Below are positions 1 through 11,800 of a stretch of 64,000 bases of DNA, piece by piece. This DNA is from Tubiluchus corallicola. Taxonomy: Eukaryota > Animalia > Priapulida. The DNA lies in NCBI GenBank assembly GCA_030141605.1, contig JAQGDQ010000341.1:124001-188000 (forward strand). Reading direction: 5' to 3'. Made by a program: the position numbers and the translations under genes. The notes below the pieces were generated by a model. That model was not told the origin of the DNA and searched no databases. It saw nothing but the letters and a program-made list of their open reading frames with translations. Every line of letters begins with the position of its first letter. Within the stretch, counting starts at the first letter, position 1.

Positions 1-55
1 TGACTACTTTATGACTTTTTATCTTAGATAACTACTTCTTTTTTATCTAAACACA

Positions 56-362
56 TATTTATCATCATAACCTTTGATATTTATCATTATAACCTTTGAT
101 ATTTATCATCATAACCTTTGGTATTTATCATCACAATCTTTGATATTTATCATCATAACCTTTGGTATTTATCATCATAACCTTTGATATTTATCATCAT
201 AACCTTAGATATTTATCATCGTAACCTTTGATATTTATCATCATAACCTTTGATATTTATCATCATAACCTTTGATATTTATCATCATAACCTTAGATAT
301 TTATCATCATAACCTTTGATATTTATCATCATAACCTTTGATATTTATCATAACCTTTGGTA
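56..362. repeat. 22-bp minisatellite (ATTTATCATCATAACCTTTGAT), ~14 copies, in the last ARL8 intron
   Basis: Tandem copies read directly from the sequence. Confidence 0.95.
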
Positions 363-1022
363 TACAATTGTACATAACTGATTATTAACACCTTATCCTA
401 TAATGCAAAAAAATGCATGTTACAAAACATGATGCGTGTTAGTAATGAACTAAATGATGATGTCAAATTAGTAGTACTACATACTATCCATGAAAAGTAA
501 CATGTAGATTTTATATAGTCTTGGATAGTTTGAAACAACATTACATTATGGTCGTGTTTTAGTTGAGAAGATCCGAAAGTAAATGACGAAATTTTCAGTT
601 GACGACGATTTCAGATTTTATTTCGAACACGTAGTTCATACAGTTATCTCACAAACTTTTCTTTTTCTTGTCCAAAGCTACAAAACTGATAAAGTATCAC
701 CGGCTGTATATTTTCCACCAAAGAAACAGATTATTGGCCCTGGCAAAGCTTTTTCAGCTATAGAATTAAAGATGGTAGTATGCATTACTGTTTTCACCTT
801 GGCAAACATACAAATATAAAACAATACCAGCAAACATAATTGGCACTTCATTAACGGGTACTAAAAAGTGCCTAGGCAGTTACTAGTGCAACAAAATTAA
901 AAATTGAAGGATTTCACAGAAATTTGGAAAAAATGGGTGATTTAAAGTAAAAAAAACAAAAAAATTCCACTAATCATAGTCGTAATTAATTAATGGTTTC
1001 AAGTAATTTCATTTATACTCAC

Positions 1023-4000
1023 CTATATTTTCTTTTTCCTTACAGGATATTGAATAACAGCAGATCTCTCTATCCTGTATGGCTGCAAGATTCCTGGAAA
1101 AATGTAAAATAAATTAATACAACGTTTAGTTAACCTCACCTCTTTGCGTAGGACTCACAGAAATTATTAAAGAAGACACCTGTTGTAGTACGGTCATGCT
1201 TCCGTTGTCAAATATCTCCATACTCGTACAAATCGGTTTTCGACCAGAAAATTCGAGCTGAAATTGTCTCCGCTCTCGACCAACCGCCAAACACGTGATG
1301 AACGCATCCGCGGCAAGCCGAGTAGAGCCAAGCGTAACCAACCACGCATGAGAGGAGTCACCTAACATCGCTAAGTGCTTTCTATGCTTATTTTTCTCCG
1401 CTTTTTTATGCAGGAATAATTGTTTTTCTTTCTAAGTAATTCTTTTATGTTTTTCTTATCAATTATATCATATCTACTGTTTGAATAAACATTTTTGCAT
1501 TATTATATTTCGTTTTAGTAATACTTTACAATTCATTTGGTGCTTGAGAACGGATTATTTCTTATGGGAATAAATTATTTGCTACTCAACCAAATCGGTT
1601 TTCAAACATTTTTTAGGAACGAATTATAGTCAAAAACAGTGGTACTAATGTATAACAATTATTGCTTACTTTTCTTGGTTTTCAAAGATAAATGATACTT
1701 AAAATCATTTCTTGTGCTAATGTGCAGAATTGTATATCTAAGAAACGATGCAGTTTTGTCTACTGAGTAGTACTCTGTCTACACAAAGTTTATCCCATAT
1801 CTAGATTTACCTACAAATGATTATCATATTATGATAAAGCTATAACTCTGGAGAAGCAGTAACGGTAAATTTCAACCACAAACGTCATACGTACATTCGT
1901 TCTATTAATTCCTTCTCATCAAGAGCATTTGGCAGATCTCGTTTGTTACCTAATACTAATATAGGAATGGCTTGCAGTTGGGGTTTATCAAGCAGATTAT
2001 GTAACTCGTTTCTAGATGCTTCGATTTTCTCGTGATCTGCGGCATCAACCATGTACCTGTGGAAAACAACAAACCTGGTGAAATAGAACCAGAACTGGTT
2101 ATGGCCAACTGGCACAGGTTTAACTATAGTTTCGATGATATACTAAGTTACCTACAGTCCTACACGTGTGATATCCAGAGTTAGTTTGACGCCCTAGGCA
2201 AAAGTATTCTTAGCGCCCCTTCCTCAATGGTCAAACCCTTCGCCCATGGTCCCCACAATGTTCCCAATATTGAATTATTCTTGTATAATATTACAATAGT
2301 GTATTGATACCTGTGTGTTAATCTTATGTGCATGCATCATAGTGTACTAATTAAGTGTAGCCAATTACCTATATAGCGTGTGCTGATTGAATTTGAAATT
2401 GAATTTATGACTGCTTGAATATGTAATTGGATTTTCATGACCCTATTCTATTCTATATGATTTGTGCTAATATAATAGTGTACTAATTACATACTACCTA
2501 TCTACAGTTTGTGCTAAATGAATTTGTTAAACAAATGCTATTGTAAGAATTTTTTATTAAGAGAAGGGTCGTTCTGTCAGCACTTAAGCAGAAACTGAGG
2601 GCAAAAGCAGGAAAATGTGTCAGTAATGTCTGCGGGTAGTGACATAATCTTGGGAAACCAATTAGTTCCAGAATTTGGCACCCTCAAAATTTGGGGCATC
2701 AGGCAACTGCCCAGTATGCCTAGTGATAGGGTAATCACCAGCACACATTATTATTGGCAATCCATTCCGAGAATGACGACTATAACTGACGAACGTCAAG
2801 ACCAGCTTGGTATCCATCAAGCATGAATGACATTCAACTTGAACTGTTACACTTGACGTCCACACGATCCTTCAACACTGACAAACTTGACATTGACAGT
2901 GTGTAGAATGACCGTGTAGGTAGGTGGCCTGTTAGAAGAACAAATTATCTTACAACAATATGATGCAATTTAAATGTCAATTTCATTTTTGGAAAGAACT
3001 GCAGCAGACAATTTTATTGCATTATCATAAAGAAAGCCAAAAGTTCATAGCTTGTAAAAGTCAAACCATAAAAACTATTTCTTACATTTAAAGGAAGACA
3101 GGATGATTTTTCATATCCTACCCCATTTTGAAGTCTGACAAAAAGTATAAATTTTAACGCAATTAACGGGGAGCAAGCCTAACTAGCCTTTTTGATGACA
3201 TCAGAAACTAACATGATTTTCAACAGTAAAAACTGAAGTACTGTAAGATATTCAGTGTGTTGTACTAAAACTAAGCAAGTTTTAAGATAAAATTTCAAAT
3301 TTACCGCTGTGCCCACACATGAGCTGTCGAATGTGTGTGGTTTGTCACAAAATAACATATTTGAACTGAGAGGTACAGCACCTGTTTTTTGTGTATTGCA
3401 TTTTTGAAATGCAGTCATTAGTGCTTGTCTAACTAGCGAATGGTGAAATGTATGTCATAGCGAGGAACTAGTGGCGTGAATTGCAAAATTATGTTTGCGT
3501 GGCAATAATTCTTTCACATTGGATCTGGTTTTGCTTTAAGCTCGGCTACACACTGTGCAGGAAAAAGCAAAAAATAGAAAAACTACAAAACAATATTAAT
3601 GTTACAGTTAACGTTACAATATTACATTTTCTTACACAATAGCATTAACTCCCCTACAGTATCTTTCCCACATACTCCTGAATCTCGGCTGACCTCCAAT
3701 GTCCCATAACTGTAACAAAAGAAAAGAACAACAAGGTGAATTAAACTGAGTTATGTAACTTATATCAAAGTAGAATCTTGCAAGATACTTGTAATTCACA
3801 ATAACTTAGCCATGGTGACTCAGAGATACAAATATAATTATGTTAACTTTCTACCACCTTTGGTTAGATACACATGGTTAGCGTTGGTGGCCCGTTACGT
3901 AAAACACTTGCTTAATTTATGTAACCCATGACACAAAGTTAAGAATACAAGTTTTTCATTATTGGACAAGTCTCTTGATAAGAAACACATACATCTAACC

Positions 4001-7000
4001 AACAATGTAGTTTGCCCCGTGATCTATGATCAAATATGAGGTTACAAAATTCCGTAAAATGTCTGGATATGTCAGTCACTGGCTATATAAAGGGTTTTTC
4101 TGGGTATTTTATATGAATAGCTGAAATCTGCGTTATACTTAGAAATATATTGTGAGCTTGAACTTATTACACGTTAAATTTCCGACATAAAATACACAAT
4201 ATTGACAACATGGCTTGGAGCACATATGTTAAATATTTTACAATAATAAATCGCATATTAATCGGGTTATTCAAAAACTTACGAAGCCTAATTCTACAAA
4301 ATTCAATGCAAGAAATTTTGTCATTCAAAACTCATTACAACTGTTATTATATGCAGTTACATGCTTACTAAACTATAGAACAATACCTTTATAGTAACAT
4401 TTCCTTTAGTAATTTTCCTCATGTTGAAGCCAACTGTTGGAATCATGTCCTCGCTAAATTGCCCAGACTGAAATAGCAGATAAAACTGTTAGGCAATGAG
4501 CACTTGCACTAAACATTAGTCATTATAAATAATGTTTGTATATTGTACCAACTACAAAAAAATTGAACTGTTATTTCCTTAGCGATTAACACCTGCTTTT
4601 TGTCGCAGACCTACTAGTATTGTCACTAATAAGCTGATTAATCTCTTAGTAATATGCACATTACCTAATATAATTCAGTAATATCGACCCAAAACACTCA
4701 AGCCGCATTAGTATTTAATGTATAAAAAATTTGAGAGTTGTGTGTTACTGGGCAGCAATGTACGTTTATGTAAATGTAAAGTTTCGCTTCAAACTATTCG
4801 GTTAACAGGTACTCTGCCTAACATTTCCACTTGTGTGAATAATTTTTTTTGCATAATTGGACAAGTAATCATTCATCATTTTACTATTTTTACACATCAC
4901 TAAGCAATATTTTACACAACGCAATTCCACGCTAAGACAAGGGAATAGCTGAGTGGTCACAATGTGTGCTTTGCAATTTGTCATAACAGCCATGATCATG
5001 CGAAGATTTGGACAGCATTTGCATAGCTGGGGTAATTTAGTCTGATAACCTTAAGTTACTAGTTATTAGCTACTTAACAGCCTTATCATTAAAACCCAAC
5101 TGCTGATTTAAGTAATTATTTTTGTTGTCACAATACTAGTGATATTTAGCAGATCTGTAACATCAGCAGTTCACTTTATTAGTGAAGCCGCCATTGAAAC
5201 ATTTAATTCTGTTCAGCTACTGACAGAAAGCAAGAAACGAGTAGGTCCTAAAAAACTTTCCATTGCACATCCAACGCATAATCTGTCAAAAGTACACGGA
5301 AGAAAGTTTGAAGAACGATATAATATGCCATTATAATTTCCACATCGTATACGTAGGACCAAAACCTTGCAATTTTTAAATTAATCTTTTGTGTGTGTCC
5401 TAGATTAAAGCCTCTTGTGTTTTTAAAATATGTATAAATTATAGACCAGGACAACCCGATTTATCTACTCTTGTTCTACGCTTGTGTTATTATCGACAAG
5501 GCATTTAAGAGTTAATTGTAGCATACTACAAGGCATACGGCATGTACCTCTATATTACTGAGATACAATAAGAATCAGTAATAAAAGGATAAAATGGTTT
5601 AATGATGGAATAAAATTGAAAAGAGGGAAACAACATCCCTATTCTTCTATTCTATTCTAATGTTCTGCAATGTAAAGTGGAAAAATGTGATGTCAGCAAA
5701 AAAGCTGTGGCAGAATTATAAAAACACAATCGTCATTGTTTCGGTGCTGCTACATTCTAAGAAAACATGGCACGTCCCACCTGTTGATGCCACGCATTCC
5801 TGTCTGCTGTCACCACCCACGGTGCACGTCACACCTGTTGATGCCACGCATTCCTGTCCGCTATCACCACCCACGATGCACGTCCCACCTGTTGATGCCA
5901 CGCATTCCTGTCTGCTGTCACCACCCACGATGCACGTCACACCTGTTGATGCCACGCATTCCTGTCCGCTATCACCACCCACGATGCACGTCCCACCTGT
6001 TGATGCCACGCATTCCTGTCTGCTGTCACCACCCACGATGCACGTCACACCTGTTGATGCCACGCATTCCTGTCCGCTATCACCACCCACGATGCACGTC
6101 ACACCTGTTGATGCCACGCATTCCTGTCCGCTGTCACCACCCACGATGCACATCACACCTGTTGATGCCACGCATTCCTGTCCGCTGTCACCACCCACAA
6201 TGCATCATCCCTCAAATTTAGAGTTGTATTTGATAAATCCTTTTTGCTTTATAACTATATATGTCAGTTGCTAACCTCCTTTAGGTTTTTTTGTCTTTTC
6301 AAGAGTTTTACATAATGCTATTGGAAGAGGGGTCTCTTTAGGTAATCCTAGTGCATACCCAATGCATTGCAGTCTATTTATTAATATTTGTTTAGTTCAA
6401 GGATTATTCTTGATCACATTACACAGATCATCATTGGATTTTCTGTCAGGCCATTTTATATCGAGTAGCTTCCTATAGAGATTTTGAAAAGGGTCAATTT
6501 CCTTCTGCTTTATTTTTTCAATAGCTTAGCATTGTACAAAAACACACTTTCAACTTAAGTTGAAAGGAGCCAGAGTTTGGTTTCAAAAGAAAGTCTATTG
6601 TTTTCAAAAGTTGTGAGAACTGAATAAGCAGAGAATGCTTCACTGTCTAACGAGGTACCAAAGTTTTTTACATGTTTTCCATGAATCATTACCTCCTCTA
6701 CGAATATATTCTTTGGTATTTGTATAGTTGACTTTAAGATTATATTTTTCTAAATGCTGGCTGATCGTACATATTAGTTGTAATATATGCAATATTGTTT
6801 GTATATTGCATGGAGATTAAAGATGAAGGTTGTGCTGAGTAAATGTGAAATTGAATTTATGACTGTTTGAATATGTAATTGGATTTAATACAATATGTAA
6901 TAAAGATGAAGGTTTTCCGAATGTAGCATAATTATGTTCTAACAGTGCATCTGGTCTGAAGGTTTCTGGAATAAGATATGTGCAGGTAAGGTTCTTTATT

Positions 7001-7947
7001 TCTTCACAAGGTATATAGTTATCGTCTGTCATAGCTAGAGCAAGGTAAAAAGTGAAAAGGATGGGACTTAAGCAGTCCCCTTGAGGTGCTCCTATGTTAG
7101 AACAGAATCACATGCTCATCCATCCTTCATACTAGACTTGGATAGTAAGATTTTGTAGGAATATGCTAATAAAGAGCAACTCATCTTCTTCTAAAACTTT
7201 TGATAATTTGTTAAGTAGGTTACTTCTTTTAACCATGTCAAAAGCTTTTGAAATATCCAGAAGAAGTAAGTGTACAAAGTAGTAAACGGATGAAATGTTT
7301 TTCCACCAATAGTTTACAAGTGTGAATAAGTTTGGAAGTATTATGACCAGGTTGGCAAGCTGCTTGAATGTTAGGTATGCATAAGTGAAATTTAGGGAAA
7401 ATTCGATTGAGCAAACAAATAGTTGTGACCTTTCTAATTAATGTCAATAATACCAGCAGCCGTAGATTTTCACAATAGATAGATAATTCTATCTTGTTTA
7501 TTGCTATCAAGAGCCTCTCTGGGTTTTCCAGGTTTATGTAAAGGAATCAAGATGCCTTTCATAATGTCATTAGGAAAGATCGCAGTTTCTGCTACCCTAT
7601 TTAAAATGCCAGCAATGGTGTTGTAATTTTTTTTCCACATTTTACCAGCTCAGCATTGAGTTCATCTATCCCGGGGTTTTTGTTGTTTTTTAGTGACTTT
7701 ACTGTTCTTTGTATTTCATTTCCTGCGAAAGAGTTATGCATCGCTTTGCATTCAGCTTGTACTAAAGGTGTTCATTGTTATCATAACCGCAATATCACAT
7801 TCTTATTCTAAAAAGAAATCGTACCGCTATAACATTAACGAATGTAGTCTTTCCTGAATACTGCAGTCCAACTAATGTTAGTTCCATTTCTTCTTTCCAA
7901 AACAAACTCTTTATCCAGTCTAGTAACCGATTTAATAATGACAACAT
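1023..7947 (-). CDS. ARL8: ADP-ribosylation factor-like protein 8 (lysosomal Arf-like GTPase), 3'-partial; exons complement(7825..7947, 4387..4467, 3636..3709, 1895..2056, 1023..1093); final exon lies before position 1
   Basis: Spliced translation [171 protein letters not shown]1 (GLQYSGKT), G3 (DIGG) and G4 (NKRD) motifs present; all introns GT-AG and in phase. Confidence 0.97.
5770..6205. repeat. 54-bp GC-rich minisatellite, 8 copies, ARL8 intron 1
   Basis: Unit CACGTCCCACCTGTTGATGCCACGCATTCCTGTCTGCTGTCACCACCCACGATG; accounts for the three repetitive ORFs in the track. Confidence 0.95.
6280..7740 (-). mobile_element. Decayed non-LTR retrotransposon (LINE, RTE-like) reverse transcriptase remnant
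   Basis: Minus-strand peptides [58 protein letters not shown] and LLDIKWPD, broken by stops and frameshifts. Confidence 0.85.
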
Positions 7948-7949
7948 TT

Positions 7950-8095
7950 TGACGTATATTAAATTTAATTCTTAGTATACAAAATTTCTACGTTTCGCGA
8001 CTCACACAGTATAGTTTTATACTTCCGGTAAATGGTGCACCGCGCATGCGTATTAAGAGTTCCGGAACGAAGTCACGCGGAACATCCGGTGAGCG
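7950..8095. promoter_or_regulatory. Compact bidirectional promoter between ARL8 and the REDIC1-like gene
   Basis: Local CpG enrichment; ETS-type ACTTCCGGT (8021-8029), NRF1-type GCGCATGCG (8042-8050), palindrome GTTCCGGAAC (8059-8068); plus-strand donor CCG|GTGAGC at 8088/8089, 141 nt from the ARL8 ATG. Confidence 0.6.
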
Positions 8096-8837
8096 TCGCT
8101 AAGCGACCTGCACGACCAGAACTGGAAGCAGAAGATCTCCGTGATTAGTCGTGTAAATTTTTTAATAAAATGCTGAAGAGCCATTAATTGGCATAGCAGT
8201 GCATACTTTTTGCTGGATTACTCCGTGTTCACTTTTCTTGAAGGCAGATTTCCAACAGTTCTTTTATCTCAGATTTCTGCCTGTCCAGGGCCAAATGGAA
8301 TATGATGACGACAAAAGTGGATTTTTTACTTAAAACTGTTAAAGTTGTTTTCTTATATACTTCAGTGACATAGTGCACTGTGAATACCGTATCGTAGATT
8401 TCGAGCAAAATGGTTTTCAGAAATTTAATTTTTAGAGAATAAAGTTTGTTTTTTCAGATCTAAGAAAAGCTTAGTTCTGTTTGGCTAGTGGAAGCTATTA
8501 GTATTACGAAGTTAGTGGCCAATTTATAGCTATGCGAACGTAAGGAAATAACATGAATAGTTAAAATACTAATAGAACACTAAAATACTGATTGTTTTTA
8601 GTTGCTGGCTATCTTTTAAGAGACAAGCTTGGGTAGGTACTAATATGAATACTGCAATATTACTTTCCAAAACTCTTATTTAACTAAGATCTATTTTGAT
8701 CAATGAAAGCAAATTTTAAGCATTTTTACAAAGTGGCGCAAAAATACAGAAAATTGTAACCTAGTGTCGATCTATTTAAAACTTATAGATAGTGACAGGT
8801 GGGAGTTTGACTTTGGTCTCTGATTCAGTTGAACGTT

Positions 8838-11800
8838 ATGAACTGGGTGGGTGGTGCAAGAGCAAGAGTTAAAGCCAAGGCACAAGTGAAGTTCAAACAC
8901 AATGGAAATCTGGTAATTATTATTATTTATTTTATTTCAGACATTTAAAGTTTGTGAAATGAGAACTAAAATAACGCACAAATTAGTTTACAGAAACATG
9001 GCAAGCTTATATACAAGAAAGTGTTAGTTAGAATGGACATATAAATTTCTTAGCCGCAACTAAAATGTTAATTTGACTTAAAAATTGTATCAGTATCATA
9101 CTTCTGAGACTAGTTACAGTTTTTCTACCCATAAAACACTTCAGTATAGCATTTGAGCATTTTCAATTTTCCACTCACCAATATTGATTTTGTGGGAGGA
9201 TACTCATATTGAAAATTTATAGTTGGCAGATCACTTTAATATTTCTTTGCGATTACTGTTGAACATATGAGGTGGTATGAATGGCAGAGTGGTCATACGC
9301 ATGCCATGGACTGAAGTTAGTCAATGAATGGTTCGTAACTACCTGGATCTCACGTTATGGCTTTAATTCTGTTTCTGTATGGCAAGTCTAGCTGTTTGCC
9401 TCATAAACTAAGAATTTTATATACATCCAAACATGGCTAAGATACTCCAGCTGATTTAGTGGTTTATTGTAGGGAGTTGCCTCTGATGGTAAGCCAGGTT
9501 CCTGTCTTGCCACAAGGACCAGTATTCAGTATGCCATTTCGTAGAATGCTGGATTCTAGCTTGCAATGAACCAAGATGTATTTATAAAATGAATGTGAAA
9601 TAGTATACTTGCATTCTCAGGAAATAGACAATCTGGTTGTAGTGACTGATTTTGTTGTGATTGATTCCCCATCCACAGGTCGGGTAGGACTTCTCACAGC
9701 AGCTCGTTGCTTTATTTCAGTTGGTCAGTGGCTTGAACATTCTTTGTAGTGGTAACCTGTTCAGATTTTAATGATTTACTTGAAGTTGCACCTGTTAAAA
9801 CAGATTTAGATAAATAAGCTTTGCAGACTGCCTGGCGTCATTAATCTCGTGTGCTTCAGTGACATGCTTTGCCAAAAATTGCTAAACCATAGTTTTTTCT
9901 CCATATTTTGTTATCTTAAATAAACAGGAATTGCATTATTTTCCACTAAATGGCTGCATGGTCAGTCGGTCACTTCTTGTGTTTTTTCAGAGACTATTAA
10001 AGTTAAAGAATTTCCTTTTTGTACATCTGTAATGCTAACTAGTTATGGATAGTAGCTTACATGCATTCAAACTAGCGAGTTTTCTCACCAAGTTAACTGC
10101 CAAGTAACTCACAAGCATGTTCACACTAGAGATGAAAACTTGCTGCGAGTTACTTTTTGATAGTAAGGATGAGCTGCTGACACTCTCTTCTCTATTCTCT
10201 GCGAGAAGTACAGAGAGTTGAGACGTTCAAGCTAGGCAGTAAATCAACTGTGAGTTTGCAATAATTTGCCGACTGTAATTTACAAAGCAGTTCACATTGT
10301 TTGAACTTGCAATTACTGTCGGTGTAATAGCAAACTGCCATCTAGTGACAGTATATAGAAATGTAAATTTATATTGTGATGATTATTTGATTGAAATATT
10401 ATATTTCAGAGCAATCTCGGCAAACATAGTTCATCATCCAGCAGTGGAAATAGGACAGACATTAGTCGAGATATTCTTAATCTAAAAACAACCGAACGTC
10501 TCTGTGCTTCAGGTATTTATGATTTCTATGTCAATTGTTAGTTAACGAATAATTACTGTTTAATCTGTGACTGTGTTTAAATTCTAGGCTGTGGTATAGG
10601 CATAGTTGGAAAGCCGAAAATTTTTCAACAATTTCATTAGTTAGATTACGACTGTGACAAGTTTTTTAACAGTTTTTTGCACTTTTTTTCTTTCTCCTCA
10701 GCGTTGTTTTCAATTTATTTTTTGTTGGATTTTGATTAATTTTTTCTATCTTGCCCAAAAAAAAGCCATTAACCACTCATAATAAGAAACTGCAATAAAA
10801 AGATTATTTTGGTTGAAATCTGATTATGTCCATAGAGAAATAAAATTCATGTAACTAATTGGGTTGTAACGGAAAGCATATATTGATGTTCTTGAAATGA
10901 GGGAGTGAAGATGTAGTTTTCGGAGAAACTATTTCTGGCAACGAATTTCATTGATAAGAAGTCCGAGGATAAAAAGTGATTTATAAGCAGCTTTTCCGTG
11001 TCTGAGTATGTACAGGGTAAGCCTATGAGAAGCACAAAAAACAAGTAGACATTATAGCCTGTGTGCTGGGTGACTGGATTACAGACAGTCCATCATATCT
11101 AAGACATTGAGTTATCATTTGGAAATATTAATTAACCTCTTAGGAGAAAAAAAACAGCTGCAGTGCCCACTGACAACACGAACCTAGTAAAGCAACAAGT
11201 TTTCAGTGGCTGCTGTAGCGATTTTAATCATTTACGTGCTGAATTTATAGATATTATTTACCTGTGGCATAAGTATAACTTTTTAATCCAAGCTTAGGAA
11301 ACAGTCGTAGACACTCGCTCAGGTTGACTGAGGCTGATTTGCTGCTACTAGGAAGATAGGAGTTTCCAATGAGTTACAACACTGTACAGGTCGACAACGA
11401 CTGAGCATACGCGAATGAAAAATATCTCTGATCAGACCACAGTCACAGTTAAACAATGCTCGGGTTGAAACTGGCTGGATGCTGTATGATGCAAGTAGAA
11501 CATGAGCGAGTTGCATTGCATTATAAGCTTGCTTTTGTCGAATGGATGTAGTCGAAACTTGTGGTGTACCGTGTGACGCCAGTTACATCCGGTTGCCGAG
11601 TCTTCAGTTGCGTTGCATCGCAAGGTCGATCACCTAAGCCTGCCTTTACTGTGTACTGTTTTTTTTGTTGAGCGGAATAGAAATTCCACTGGTATAGTGC
11701 TAAAAAAGTTAGGTTTTTGCAATATGCATTGCAAAAATATGCTGGACAAATAAAATGTAGCTAAGCTAAACAAATAAGCTAAGTGTCTACTATATTTGAG

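Noticed and set aside
1-1020. Terminal ARL8 exon (expected DITLQWL-like peptide)
   Set aside because: Not found in this interval; presumed to lie before position 1.
5660-6274. 204-aa His/Cys/Pro repeat ORF as a nested gene
   Set aside because: Open frames follow from the 54-bp unit; flanks look non-coding. Kept only as a repeat observation.
9621-9683. Possible extra phase-0 cassette exon (EIDNLVVVTDFVVIDSPSTGR) in the REDIC1-like gene
   Set aside because: Weak donor, adjacent to a SINE and no recognisable homology; cannot be supported without RNA data.
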